Virus record (IMG/VR): IMGVR_UViG_3300025635_000074
Coordinates: 1-37,777 of that record
Reading direction: 5' to 3' (one strand)
Length of the DNA: 37,777 bases
Origin: a virus
Taxonomy: Duplodnaviria > Caudoviricetes
This document shows, piece after piece, positions 1 through 9,270 of this stretch. The notes beneath the pieces were generated by a model that ran no database searches, had not been told where the DNA came from, and saw only the letters and a list, made by a program, of their open reading frames with translations. A program made the position numbers and the translations under genes. Every line of letters starts with the position of its first letter. The stretch's first letter is position 1.

Positions 1-330
1 TGTTAGAAATTTTTTAGTTCGTCTTTTACCTTGAACTGGTATCAGTGTTTGAATATGTGGTTTTACTTCCCATAAATGAACTGTTATTTCACCGTGTTTA
101 TTTTTAACTTTTAGTATAAAATCAACAAAATATCTATGTTGTCTACCATCAACTGGAGATATATATGGTATTGCTAATTCCTCAGATGCCCAATATATAA
201 TATTATCTGTTGCATCCAAATATTTCATTACTCGCAATTCCCATGATGATCTTGCAACAATGTTGCTGGCATCGCCATTATATTTCTCAGGATGTTTAGG
301 AATAAATCTTTTAGGAGTAGGAAATCCCAT
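1..330 (-). CDS. gp4: Head completion protein/nuclease, T4 gp4-like (3' end runs off the window)
   Basis: Manual translation from ATG at 330: MGFPTPKRFIPKHPEKYNGDASNIVARSSWELRVMKYLD...WASEELAIPYISPVDGRQHRYFVDF...EVKP. This matches the gp4 pattern (PxxPxKY, RSSWE, WxSEE, HRYFxDF, EVKP). Divergent from gp48. Confidence 0.9.
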   Translation of the reverse strand, partial: MGFPTPKRFIPKHPEKYNGDASNIVARSSWELRVMKYLDATDNIIYWASEELAIPYISPVDGRQHRYFVDFILKVKNKHGEITVHLWEVKPHIQTLIPVQGKRRTKKFLT

Positions 331-341
331 ATAACATAAAA

Positions 342-349
342 CATAAATA
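342..349 (+). promoter_or_regulatory. T4-type late promoter-like motif CATAAATA upstream of gp48
   Basis: One mismatch to the T4 late consensus TATAAATA. The same octamer recurs upstream of several other late genes in this window. Confidence 0.6.
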
Positions 350-356
350 GATATAT

Positions 357-364
357 TATTTATT
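357..364 (-). promoter_or_regulatory. Late promoter-like motif AATAAATA upstream of gp4
   Basis: Reverse complement of tatttatt, about 27 nt upstream of the gp4 ATG. Confidence 0.45.
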
Positions 365-376
365 AGTCAGTCTAAA

Positions 377-1555
377 ATGTCCCTATTCTCTTTTGGTGAT
401 ATTAATTTCTATACAGATACTCGAACAGGTAAACCATCAGATTTATTGAATGGCGCCGAATCGAAATATGCTTACAATATTTCAAGATTTCCCTTAGATG
501 TTGGATCAGTGGACAAGGGACATTATTTAGTAATACATATTAATTCACAAAGACAAACTAGATACGTTCAACCCACAATCGATGATGCTGGCGAACGTCC
601 TAGCGTATATGAGAATAGAATAAAAAATGGAACAAAACCTATTGGAGGTTTTGATACTGTTATCAATTCAGCGTTAGATTCTGTTAAAAATTTATCCAAG
701 TCAACTTCCGGTCATAATTCGAAAGTCAATAATTCTATTCAATCTGGTATAGATGGAATCAAATTAGATACCACTAGATACGCTACTGAGTTTATTCGAA
801 CTATTCAAAGAACTAAAGAAACGATAGCATTATACATGCCTGATACATTGGCATTTACCTATCAGCAAAATTATTCACAAATGAGTTTAACTGGAGGTTT
901 AGCAAAAGCTGTTACGCTTGGAGCGAGTGCCGTAGATTCGTATAAAAATAGTCCAGCCGGTGCCGTCAATACCTTTGATGCAATGATGAAAAATTTATCA
1001 CCATTTCTCGCTAGTTTTGTATTGAAAAATAAATCAACATTTACATCATCCATGTTTACCGCTGTTACTGGTGTTGTGCAAAATCCAATGTTGGAAATAA
1101 TATATTCTTCTCCCGAATTTAGATCATTTAGATTTGATTTTATGTTTTATCCTAGACAGGAGAAAGAAGGTAGAGAAGTTCAGAAAATAATTGAAAAATT
1201 GAAATTTCATCAGGCACCAGAAATTCTCAAGGAAAGTAATGGATTCTTTCTGGTACCACCATCAGAGTTTGATATTAAATTTTTTTATAATGGTAAAGAA
1301 AATCCAAATATACCCCAAATATCAACTTGTGTATTAGAATCTATAGATGTAGATTATGCTCCTAATGGATTCTCAGCATATGAAGTTCCAGGACAATTAT
1401 ATCCTACTATGGGCGGTACTGGTATGCCCGTTGGAATCAGATTATCTCTCCAATTTAGAGAAACTGAATACTTAACTAAAGCCAATTTTAATTGGGATAA
1501 ACCAACAGATCAAATAGCACAAGATTTTGCAAACAAAGCATGGCTGAACAAATAA
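377..1555 (+). CDS. gp48: Baseplate tail-tube cap protein, gp48-like
   Basis: Motifs IALYMPD, NPMLEIIYSSPEFRSFRFDFMFYPR, PSEFDI, CVLESIDVDYAPNG, LSLQFRETE. Lies between gp4 and gp53. Confidence 0.85.
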   Translation: MSLFSFGDINFYTDTRTGKPSDLLNGAESKYAYNISRFPLDVGSVDKGHYLVIHINSQRQTRYVQPTIDDAGERPSVYENRIKNGTKPIGGFDTVINSALDSVKNLSKSTSGHNSKVNNSIQSGIDGIKLDTTRYATEFIRTIQRTKETIALYMPDTLAFTYQQNYSQMSLTGGLAKAVTLGASAVDSYKNSPAGAVNTFDAMMKNLSPFLASFVLKNKSTFTSSMFTAVTGVVQNPMLEIIYSSPEFRSFRFDFMFYPRQEKEGREVQKIIEKLKFHQAPEILKESNGFFLVPPSEFDIKFFYNGKENPNIPQISTCVLESIDVDYAPNGFSAYEVPGQLYPTMGGTGMPVGIRLSLQFRETEYLTKANFNWDKPTDQIAQDFANKAWLNK

Positions 1556-1556
1556 T

Positions 1557-2195
1557 ATGGCAAAATACTTTTCTCAGTTTCCTCTAACATATTATACATT
1601 ATCAGACGATAATTCATTAGATATTGTAACTAATATCACTTCAAGATTTATTATTGAATCAAATATCAAAGACAATATAGTATTATATCAGAAATATTAT
1701 ATTCAGGATAGCGATACTCCTGACATCATTGCTGCCAAATTGTACGATGATCCAGAGAAACATTGGATAGTTTTAATGATAAACGATATAGTCGATGTCG
1801 AATCTGAATGGCCATTATCTTATGAAAATTTGATGAAATATGTTGATGAGAAATATATGCCTGTTAATGGGAATGAATACGATGGAATAATATGGGCAAA
1901 GGCAAATACTTATGCATACTATAGAAAAGAATCTACTATCTACGATGGCATAACAACTACTAATAAATTCGAGATTGATGCCAATACTTATGCTGATTTA
2001 GTTGAAAGTATTAATGATGAGATATTATTGGCAGATAATAATACTATTACATATAATATAACTAAAGAAACTAAATCATATTATGATTACGAAATCGATG
2101 CGAATGAAGCCAAAAGAAATATTAAATTACTTCGCCCTGAGTACGCGAAAAACTTAGAGAAACAGTTAAGGGATGTTTTTGAGGAACGCCGTTAG
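1557..2195 (+). CDS. gp53: Baseplate wedge protein gp53 (LysM-like)
   Basis: MAKYFSQFP start, DTPDIIAAKLYDDPEKHWIVLMIN...EWPLS, and YDYE...NEAKRNIKLLRPEY. Confidence 0.9.
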   Translation: MAKYFSQFPLTYYTLSDDNSLDIVTNITSRFIIESNIKDNIVLYQKYYIQDSDTPDIIAAKLYDDPEKHWIVLMINDIVDVESEWPLSYENLMKYVDEKYMPVNGNEYDGIIWAKANTYAYYRKESTIYDGITTTNKFEIDANTYADLVESINDEILLADNNTITYNITKETKSYYDYEIDANEAKRNIKLLRPEYAKNLEKQLRDVFEERR

Positions 2196-2197
2196 TA

Positions 2198-3481
2198 ATG
2201 TCACAATTTAATGGGTTATTGCAGACTACTCAATTTTCAATATCAGAATTATATCTAATTACTGAGTTTGGAACATTTGATATATCAATGATATTTGATG
2301 AATTGAATTTATTTGATAATTTGTTGACTCCAGTAACATCGGGTAGCATATTAGTTACCGATGCGACGAATATCAAAGATAAATTGAAGTTGAATGGCAA
2401 TGAATTTCTCAAAATAATAGTAGATAAGGGTGATGATAATCCATCATTTTTTAAATATGAAAAACTGTTTCGAATCTATAAAATTACAGATGATCGAAAC
2501 ATTAATTTCACTTCTCAATCATTTGTATTACACTTTATATCCAATGATTATCTTGTTTCAGAGCAACAAAAAATATCACAGTTTTACTCAGGAAAATACT
2601 CCGATATTGTTGAAAGAATTCTAATAGATCATATAAAAGTTCCTAATAGTTTACCCCAAAAGGGAGCTTCCGGTATACAATCAATAACAGATTCAATAGA
2701 ATTAGTAGATGTTGTTATTCCTAATTTAACACCATTTGATGCTATAGAATGGATATGCAGAAGAGCATTGTATAATAGTCTGCCACAATTTGTATTTTTT
2801 GAGACTCAATATGGTTATACATTTGCCCCATTGGAGAGTTTAATGTCGGCAAATGCTATTGCATCACTGAATTTTAATCCTAAAAATATTGATAAGGATG
2901 TTTCGGGAGAACTTCTTGGAATACGCGAATTTAAAATATTATCAACATTTCAAGAAGTCGATAATATATCATCTGGCGCGTATGCCGGAACATTTTTTGG
3001 TTTTGATACCCTTACACGAACAAAAAAGATCAAGAAAATAAATTATGTTGATGATATATTTTCTAAAATGGCACATCTAAATAAAACACCGCTATTGCCT
3101 GATAATACGGTTACTACTAAGTTCGATTCCCGAGAGGTTTATTTTCCATATGAATCATCCAGAGAAACAAATTCGTATGTTAAAGAAAATGATTCGATTG
3201 CTGCCACTAAAATAAATAATACTGAGAATTATAAATTTCAAAGAAAATCCATATTGTATAATTTAATGCAGCGAAGAATTCAAGTAAATCTTCCGGGCAA
3301 TTTTGGATTAGTATCTGGCCAAGTAGTCAATATATTTTATCCTAGATACACAACTGAAGTTGGTAATCAATATTTTGATAACACGTTATCGGGCAGATAT
3401 TTAATTATAGGAGTTAGACATATGATTAGATATGATCAACATGAAACAATATTAGAAATCGCTACGGATTCTGGTAAATGA
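2198..3481 (+). CDS. Putative baseplate hub/tail protein (gp27-like position and motifs)
   Basis: Between gp53 and gp5. Motifs VIPNLTPFDAIEWI, FVFFETQYGYTF, LPGNFGLVSGQVV, LSGRYLIIGVRH are typical of contractile-tail hub proteins. Confidence 0.6.
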   Translation: MSQFNGLLQTTQFSISELYLITEFGTFDISMIFDELNLFDNLLTPVTSGSILVTDATNIKDKLKLNGNEFLKIIVDKGDDNPSFFKYEKLFRIYKITDDRNINFTSQSFVLHFISNDYLVSEQQKISQFYSGKYSDIVERILIDHIKVPNSLPQKGASGIQSITDSIELVDVVIPNLTPFDAIEWICRRALYNSLPQFVFFETQYGYTFAPLESLMSANAIASLNFNPKNIDKDVSGELLGIREFKILSTFQEVDNISSGAYAGTFFGFDTLTRTKKIKKINYVDDIFSKMAHLNKTPLLPDNTVTTKFDSREVYFPYESSRETNSYVKENDSIAATKINNTENYKFQRKSILYNLMQRRIQVNLPGNFGLVSGQVVNIFYPRYTTEVGNQYFDNTLSGRYLIIGVRHMIRYDQHETILEIATDSGK

Positions 3482-4734
3482 TAAAATCAGATTTTTATGG
3501 TAATGATTTTATTTGGTGGACTGGTGTAGTTGAAGATCGAAAAGATCCATTAAAAATAGGTAGAATACGAGCTAGAATATTTGGATTGCATCCATTCGAT
3601 GATTCTGGTAAACCTGATAAGACATTGGTACCAACCGATAAATTACCATGGGCACAATTAGTAACTTCTACTAATGGCACAAAAGTAATATCTGGTCCTA
3701 AAGAAGGTGATTGGATATTTGGATTCTTTCAAGACGGAAGATCCGCTCAAATTCCAGTTGTCATCGGAACATATTCCGGCATAGAAAGTAAAGAATCTAC
3801 AACATTAACTTTTACAGATGTTCCTAGACCACCTGCTAATGTTATTATAACAGAAGCGAATGCTCCAACAACTCCAAGACTATCCCGAGGTATTATTGAA
3901 AATACTTTAGTTGATAAGAGCAATCAAGAACGATCTCAAGTTTGTGATACAACAACAAGTGTTAGTTCGTCAATAGCTGGTATAGGCACAGCTTTTAGCA
4001 CTATTATAGAATCTATTAGATCGTTTATCAGGGATATTATAGCGGCGCTAGGTTTAGATCCTAGTGGAGTTGCTAGAACAATTATTAATTTAGCCAAAGC
4101 ATTGACAGCAGAAGTTAAGAAATTATTGAATATGGTGAAAAGAATGAAGAAGTATTCTAGTATGATAAAATCAGGTATCCAAAAAATATCCAATATGATT
4201 GGTTATATTCTCAGTTTGCCTGCCAAATTATTGAAATTTATTGGCGAATGTTTTAGTAAACTAACAGCATCAATAGGATCAACTATTACACCATTGTTGA
4301 ATTCTAGTGGATTAGATCAGACTACTATAATTGGTGTTGGTAGTATCATAGGATTAACTAATGGTATATCAACCACATTAAATAATAATTTACAAAATGC
4401 TAATTTCACTAATAGTATAGGTACTATTGGCAATCTATTAGCATATACTAATTCGATGGATACTACAAGTGCTATTTCAGGAACTGTTGATACTGTATAT
4501 AATACACTATTGGGCAATAAATCGGGAACTCTTCAATCAATCTCCAATCAATTTCCAACCGATCTAGCAAATGTATCAACTCAAACATTTAATTCAATTG
4601 TAAATCCTACTATTATATCAGATTTTCCGGCAGGTTCGATTGGATTTCAAACATACTTGGATACAAATTATATGAGTGTTGATGAAACAAAATCTAATTT
4701 CTATTTCAATTCTACTACATATACTGGACCATAA
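3478..4734 (+). CDS. gp5: gp5 N-terminal part (OB-fold hub domain plus long helical extension; no recognisable lysozyme domain)
   Basis: FIWWTGVVEDRKDPLKIGRIRARIFGLH...LPWA...GDWIFGFFQDGRSAQIPVVIG is the gp5 OB-fold signature. Confidence 0.85.
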   Translation: MIKSDFYGNDFIWWTGVVEDRKDPLKIGRIRARIFGLHPFDDSGKPDKTLVPTDKLPWAQLVTSTNGTKVISGPKEGDWIFGFFQDGRSAQIPVVIGTYSGIESKESTTLTFTDVPRPPANVIITEANAPTTPRLSRGIIENTLVDKSNQERSQVCDTTTSVSSSIAGIGTAFSTIIESIRSFIRDIIAALGLDPSGVARTIINLAKALTAEVKKLLNMVKRMKKYSSMIKSGIQKISNMIGYILSLPAKLLKFIGECFSKLTASIGSTITPLLNSSGLDQTTIIGVGSIIGLTNGISTTLNNNLQNANFTNSIGTIGNLLAYTNSMDTTSAISGTVDTVYNTLLGNKSGTLQSISNQFPTDLANVSTQTFNSIVNPTIISDFPAGSIGFQTYLDTNYMSVDETKSNFYFNSTTYTGP

Positions 4735-5594
4735 TGACAGAATATATTGACGGTAAACGAAAATGGCAATCTAAAATAACAGATAGAGATTTAGGATCAG
4801 GATGGGTTGAACCAGGATCGGCGGCCAATGAAGAAACTCAACCAGAATATCCATTTAATAATGTTCAACAAACCGAATCGGGACATTTATTTGAATTGGA
4901 TGATACGCCCAATAGAGAAAGAATTCGATTACAACATAGAATGGGAACATTCATTGAAATGCATCCTAATGGTGATGAAGTTCACAAAGTTTATGGTGAC
5001 GGATACGAGATAACAATATGCGATAAAAATATTGAAGTTAGAGGTCATTGTAGCGTAATAATTAAAGGCGATTCTGTAATAACAGTTGAAGGCAATAAAA
5101 CAGAAAAGATTAAGGGCAACTATGATTTAGTTGTAGATGGGGATTTTAATCATGCTGTAAAAGGAGATTGTAATATTCTATCAGAAAGTGATATGCAAAT
5201 TGGTGCAGGTGGATCATTATCTGATGTTGCTGGAATAGGAACAGGATCATTGACATTGTTGTCAGGTCAAGATATATCAGTCGCAGGTGATTTTATGGTA
5301 GAAGGTGGAATTGTCGCCGACATGGTAACTGCTAAGTATAGTGTAGATGCGGGATTAGGAATAACAGCAGGTCCATTAGGATTTGTTACTATGTTAGGGG
5401 GTGTATCCGTTGGTATACCAGTTGCGATACCAGGTCAAGTGAATGCGATAGAAGAAGTAAATGCACCACTCGCCAATTTTGGTATCATGAATGCTGTTTT
5501 AATGCATGATATCATTAATTCCAAGATATACAATACTCATATCCATAAAACAAAAGTTGGTCCAACATCACCACCTAAAGGTAAATTCGTTTAA
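4734..5594 (+). CDS. gp5: gp5 C-terminal part (beta-helix central spike)
   Basis: YPFNNVQQTESGHLFELDDTPNRERIRLQHRMGTFIEMHPNG, followed by VxG beta-helix repeats and a terminal HIH...GPTSPP. TAATG overlap with the upstream gene. Confidence 0.85.
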   Translation: MTEYIDGKRKWQSKITDRDLGSGWVEPGSAANEETQPEYPFNNVQQTESGHLFELDDTPNRERIRLQHRMGTFIEMHPNGDEVHKVYGDGYEITICDKNIEVRGHCSVIIKGDSVITVEGNKTEKIKGNYDLVVDGDFNHAVKGDCNILSESDMQIGAGGSLSDVAGIGTGSLTLLSGQDISVAGDFMVEGGIVADMVTAKYSVDAGLGITAGPLGFVTMLGGVSVGIPVAIPGQVNAIEEVNAPLANFGIMNAVLMHDIINSKIYNTHIHKTKVGPTSPPKGKFV

Positions 5595-6400
5595 TGGCAA
5601 ACACTCTTTTCGGCTTATTGAATTACTCATTTGCGCCAGCAAATGCAAACGTAATCATCGAATTTTCAAATGATACAACTAAAATGATGAACACGTTATC
5701 ATTATTAATTCCTGAATGGGGTTATAATGATATTAAAGATGCTAATGTATCCGGTTATATGAAAAATCCAGTAGGAAATGTTACTAATTCCATATTGGAT
5801 ATCGTCACATCTATTTACACATCATCAAGCAATGTTCCCAATATACATCAAATATCAACTTCAGCCAATGTTGCTATCAATGCTGTCAGTAATTTTTATC
5901 AACATACTCAAAGAATATCTGGAATAAATGAAATTGAAGCCAATACGGCAGAATTACCACATTATGAAACAGCAGTTGGCATTGGCAAAACTATCGCATT
6001 TATGACGTATCAAGCAGACCAATATGCAAATGGCGCTACTATATTAGGATCATTTACTAGCATATTGGTGGAACCGGAATTACAAGTATTATTGGATGAA
6101 ATAACGGATTATCCCGGAATAATCAATAATAGTGTATCTTATAATTATCTAACATATCAAATGGAATCTAATGTATCAACGACTGTTAGAAATACTATAT
6201 CCGATAGTATGAATAATATCGTAACATTTGTTGATACTAGACGCACTCATGATGAAAATTTTTACGCTAATTCTAGGATAATATTGGATCAATATAATGA
6301 AATTAAAAAATATACAAGACTCGGTGAAACTGAGAATTTCTTATTGCAAAATTATCTAGGCACCGATAAATTATTGACTAGATTAAATGATGAGACTTAA
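5594..6400 (+). CDS. Hypothetical protein, probably virion/baseplate-associated (helical)
   Basis: 268-aa ORF coupled by TAATG to gp5C. No family recognised. Confidence 0.7.
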   Translation: MANTLFGLLNYSFAPANANVIIEFSNDTTKMMNTLSLLIPEWGYNDIKDANVSGYMKNPVGNVTNSILDIVTSIYTSSSNVPNIHQISTSANVAINAVSNFYQHTQRISGINEIEANTAELPHYETAVGIGKTIAFMTYQADQYANGATILGSFTSILVEPELQVLLDEITDYPGIINNSVSYNYLTYQMESNVSTTVRNTISDSMNNIVTFVDTRRTHDENFYANSRIILDQYNEIKKYTRLGETENFLLQNYLGTDKLLTRLNDET

Positions 6401-6678
6401 ATTTTAGTTAAATAATTAAATTTCTTTTCATATTCTCCACATTTTTCTAAAATATTTTTTTCTGCTACTAGATGCCAACTACCCCAACAACTCCAAGATA
6501 CACGTATTTTATATTCTATCTTGTATCCGGATCGTCCGCGTGAAGGCGTATGTTCTAGTATTCCGATATGTGAAATATATCCCGTTTCTATAATTTCTTT
6601 TGTACAAGAACCGTCGGCATCGTACTCAAATCTTTTGAATTTGACTTTATCGCCAATTTGATACAGAAAATCATACAT
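6397..6678 (-). CDS. Small hypothetical protein (possible SH3-like barrel), antisense to the structural cluster
   Basis: 93-aa ORF filling the gap before gp25, with SD AAGGA (6687-6691, minus strand) and a consensus sigma70 promoter upstream. Begins YQIGDKVKF. Confidence 0.7.
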   Translation of the reverse strand: MYDFLYQIGDKVKFKRFEYDADGSCTKEIIETGYISHIGILEHTPSRGRSGYKIEYKIRVSWSCWGSWHLVAEKNILEKCGEYEKKFNYLTKI

Positions 6679-6716
6679 AATTTAATTCCTTATCAATTAA
6701 TCTTCACTATGTAATC

Positions 6717-6745
6717 ATTTTACATTAAAAATTTCTTACTGTCAA
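6717..6745 (-). promoter_or_regulatory. Sigma70-type promoter TTGACA-N17-TAAAAT for the 93-aa antisense gene
   Basis: Plus-strand tgtcaa (6740-6745) and atttta (6717-6722) separated by exactly 17 bp, with AT-rich sequence upstream. Confidence 0.75.
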
Positions 6746-6786
6746 GAATTATTTTAAACATATTTCATTCGCGCATATTTAACTAT

Positions 6787-6802
6787 CATAAATAGATAAA
6801 TA
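6787..6802 (+). promoter_or_regulatory. Tandem late promoter-like motifs CATAAATA and GATAAATA upstream of gp25
   Basis: Two adjacent near-matches to TATAAATA, 19-34 nt before the ATG at 6821. Confidence 0.6.
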
Positions 6803-6820
6803 TTCAATAATTATTCAATA

Positions 6821-7228
6821 ATGGCCAATCAATTATCATCAATTACAGCTAGAGAATATCGAGACTTGGATCTGAATTTCAATATTCATCCAATTAGAAA
6901 AGATATCAATAAGCATGTTGGTGATATGGCAGTGATTTATGCTGTAAAGAATTTAATTATGTTGAATCATTATGAATCTCCTTTTCAACCTGATAAAGGT
7001 TCTAATGTTAGAAGATTATTATTTGAACCTTTAGATAATATCACAGCAACAGCATTAGAACGAGAGATTAGACAAACAATAACTAACTATGAACCTAGAG
7101 TTAGTGTTAAGAATATCACAGTAAATGCCGATCCTGATAATAATGCATTTCAGGTAACCTTAGAGTTTTTCATATTGAATCGATCCGATCCAGTGATCGT
7201 CAATGTAACACTATCAAGAATTCGATAA
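6821..7228 (+). CDS. gp25: Baseplate wedge subunit gp25
   Basis: YRDLDLNF..HP, AVKNLI, ESPFQPDKGSNVRRLLFE, ITNYEPRV. Confidence 0.92.
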   Translation: MANQLSSITAREYRDLDLNFNIHPIRKDINKHVGDMAVIYAVKNLIMLNHYESPFQPDKGSNVRRLLFEPLDNITATALEREIRQTITNYEPRVSVKNITVNADPDNNAFQVTLEFFILNRSDPVIVNVTLSRIR

Positions 7229-7229
7229 T

Positions 7230-9269
7230 ATGCCATCAAATAGAACAATAATAACACAATTAGATTTTGACACAATCAAAGAAAATCTAAAAACTTTTCT
7301 ACAAAGTCAAAGTCAATTTTCAGATTATAATTTTGAAGGTAGTGGTTTAAATATTCTATTAGAAATTCTAGCATTGAATACTCATTATAATGCATACTAT
7401 CTCAATATGGCAGTAAATGAGGCATTCCTAGATACCGCGGTATTGAGAGATTCTGTAGTATCACATGCCAAAATGCTAGGATATACTCCATATTCAATTC
7501 ATGCATCTAAAGCGATTGTTGATTTATATGCGAATGTTAAAAATAACGATTCTATCATAACTCTTCCTAGAGGTTTCACCTTTAGAGCTGAGATATTGGA
7601 CAATCAATCGCATCAATTTGTACTATTAGAAGAGCAATCAGCTAGTGCTGCTAATGGAAAATTTTATTTTGAAAATCTTGAAATATATGAGGGTTCATTA
7701 ATAACATATGATTTCACGTATAATGCAACAACAAATCCAAAGAAAACTTTTAGTTTAGCTGATTCAAATATTGACACCGAATCGATTATAGTACAAGTTC
7801 GAACGAGTGATGCAAACACCGATATTGCAGTATATACACTAGCATCAGATATTTTAGATATTGATGATACAAGTCAAATATATTTTCTACAAGAATCAAT
7901 CGGTGGTAAATTTCAAATATATTTCGGTGATGGAATAATAGGCAAAGAATTAATAGATGGCAGTATTATAACGGTCAGTTATCTAGTAACTAATGGTGAA
8001 ACTGCGGATAATTTATCAAATTTTGTCGCAACGGCATCTGTTGGATCATATACGGATTTTAATATCACCACAATATCCAATTCAACTGGAGGTAGTCAAC
8101 GTCAGTCGGTTGATAGTATAAAATATTCGGCAGTTGCACAATATTCCACTCAGAATAGATTGGTAACAATAAAAGATTATGAAATTTATCTACAAAACAA
8201 ATATCCTTCTATCCAATCATTATCTATATGGAGTGGCGCAGAAGAAACACCACCTGTTTATGGTAAAGTATTTGTTTCAATAAAACCTAAGAATAATTAT
8301 TATTTATCTGAAACAGAAAAACAATCAATTATTGATAATATTCTACAACCAAAAACAATGATTTCAATATCAACTGAAATTGTTGATCCAGAATATCTAT
8401 ATGTGTTGATTCATGTTGATGCAAAATATAATAAAAATAAAACCACTTTATCGAATCAACAAATTAAAAATGCAATTCGTGATAAAATTTTGACATATAA
8501 TGAAAATAATCTAAACAAATTTTCAGGTATTCTTATAGTATCGCGTTTACAAGATGAGATAGATTCTGCCGATAATTCTATCATCGGAAATGATGTCACA
8601 TTAAAATTACAAAAGAAATTTACTCCAATACTCAATACATCATATACCTATAATATTAAGTTCAATGTACCTTTGAGAAAAGGTACTTCGGGCAATAAAT
8701 TGACATCTAGTGAATTTTATATGAAGGATATTAATAATACAACCAGATTAGTTGCACTGGAAGAAATACCAAATTCTGATACGGGCATTAGTGCGATCAA
8801 TGTTGTGACACCAGGATACAATTATACAAGTGCGCCAACAGTTACGATAACAGGTGATGGGTATGGTGCAGAAGCAATCGCAAAAATTGTCAATGGAAAA
8901 ATAGAATCATTTGAAATTACTAAAAGAGGATTTGACTACTCGAAAGCAGTTGTAACTATTACTGGTGGCGGTGGTACTGGCGCATCTGGTGCGGTGATAG
9001 TTGATGCTAAGATTGGTGAACTTCGCACAGTTTATTTTGATGCAAATGCTGAAAGAAAAATTGTAAATTCATCTGCGGGTACTATTAATTATCATACGGG
9101 TGAAATCAAGTTATCGGATTTAAAAATATTATCAACAGTTGAGAACTCCGAAACAATAAAAATAACAATAGAATCGCAACTTGGCTTATTGGAAAGCTAC
9201 AAGAATACCATATTATATATGGATCCAACAGACCCAAGTACAATAGAAGTGAATTTAACTCAAGTTTAA
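7230..9269 (+). CDS. gp6: Baseplate wedge subunit gp6
   Basis: LDFDTIKENLKTFL, DYNFEGSGLNILLEILALNTHYNAYY, SVVSHAKMLGYTP, IYFGDGIIGK, QNRLVTIKDY, PPVYGKVFVSIKP. Confidence 0.93.
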   Translation: MPSNRTIITQLDFDTIKENLKTFLQSQSQFSDYNFEGSGLNILLEILALNTHYNAYYLNMAVNEAFLDTAVLRDSVVSHAKMLGYTPYSIHASKAIVDLYANVKNNDSIITLPRGFTFRAEILDNQSHQFVLLEEQSASAANGKFYFENLEIYEGSLITYDFTYNATTNPKKTFSLADSNIDTESIIVQVRTSDANTDIAVYTLASDILDIDDTSQIYFLQESIGGKFQIYFGDGIIGKELIDGSIITVSYLVTNGETADNLSNFVATASVGSYTDFNITTISNSTGGSQRQSVDSIKYSAVAQYSTQNRLVTIKDYEIYLQNKYPSIQSLSIWSGAEETPPVYGKVFVSIKPKNNYYLSETEKQSIIDNILQPKTMISISTEIVDPEYLYVLIHVDAKYNKNKTTLSNQQIKNAIRDKILTYNENNLNKFSGILIVSRLQDEIDSADNSIIGNDVTLKLQKKFTPILNTSYTYNIKFNVPLRKGTSGNKLTSSEFYMKDINNTTRLVALEEIPNSDTGISAINVVTPGYNYTSAPTVTITGDGYGAEAIAKIVNGKIESFEITKRGFDYSKAVVTITGGGGTGASGAVIVDAKIGELRTVYFDANAERKIVNSSAGTINYHTGEIKLSDLKILSTVENSETIKITIESQLGLLESYKNTILYMDPTDPSTIEVNLTQV

Positions 9270-9270
9270 T

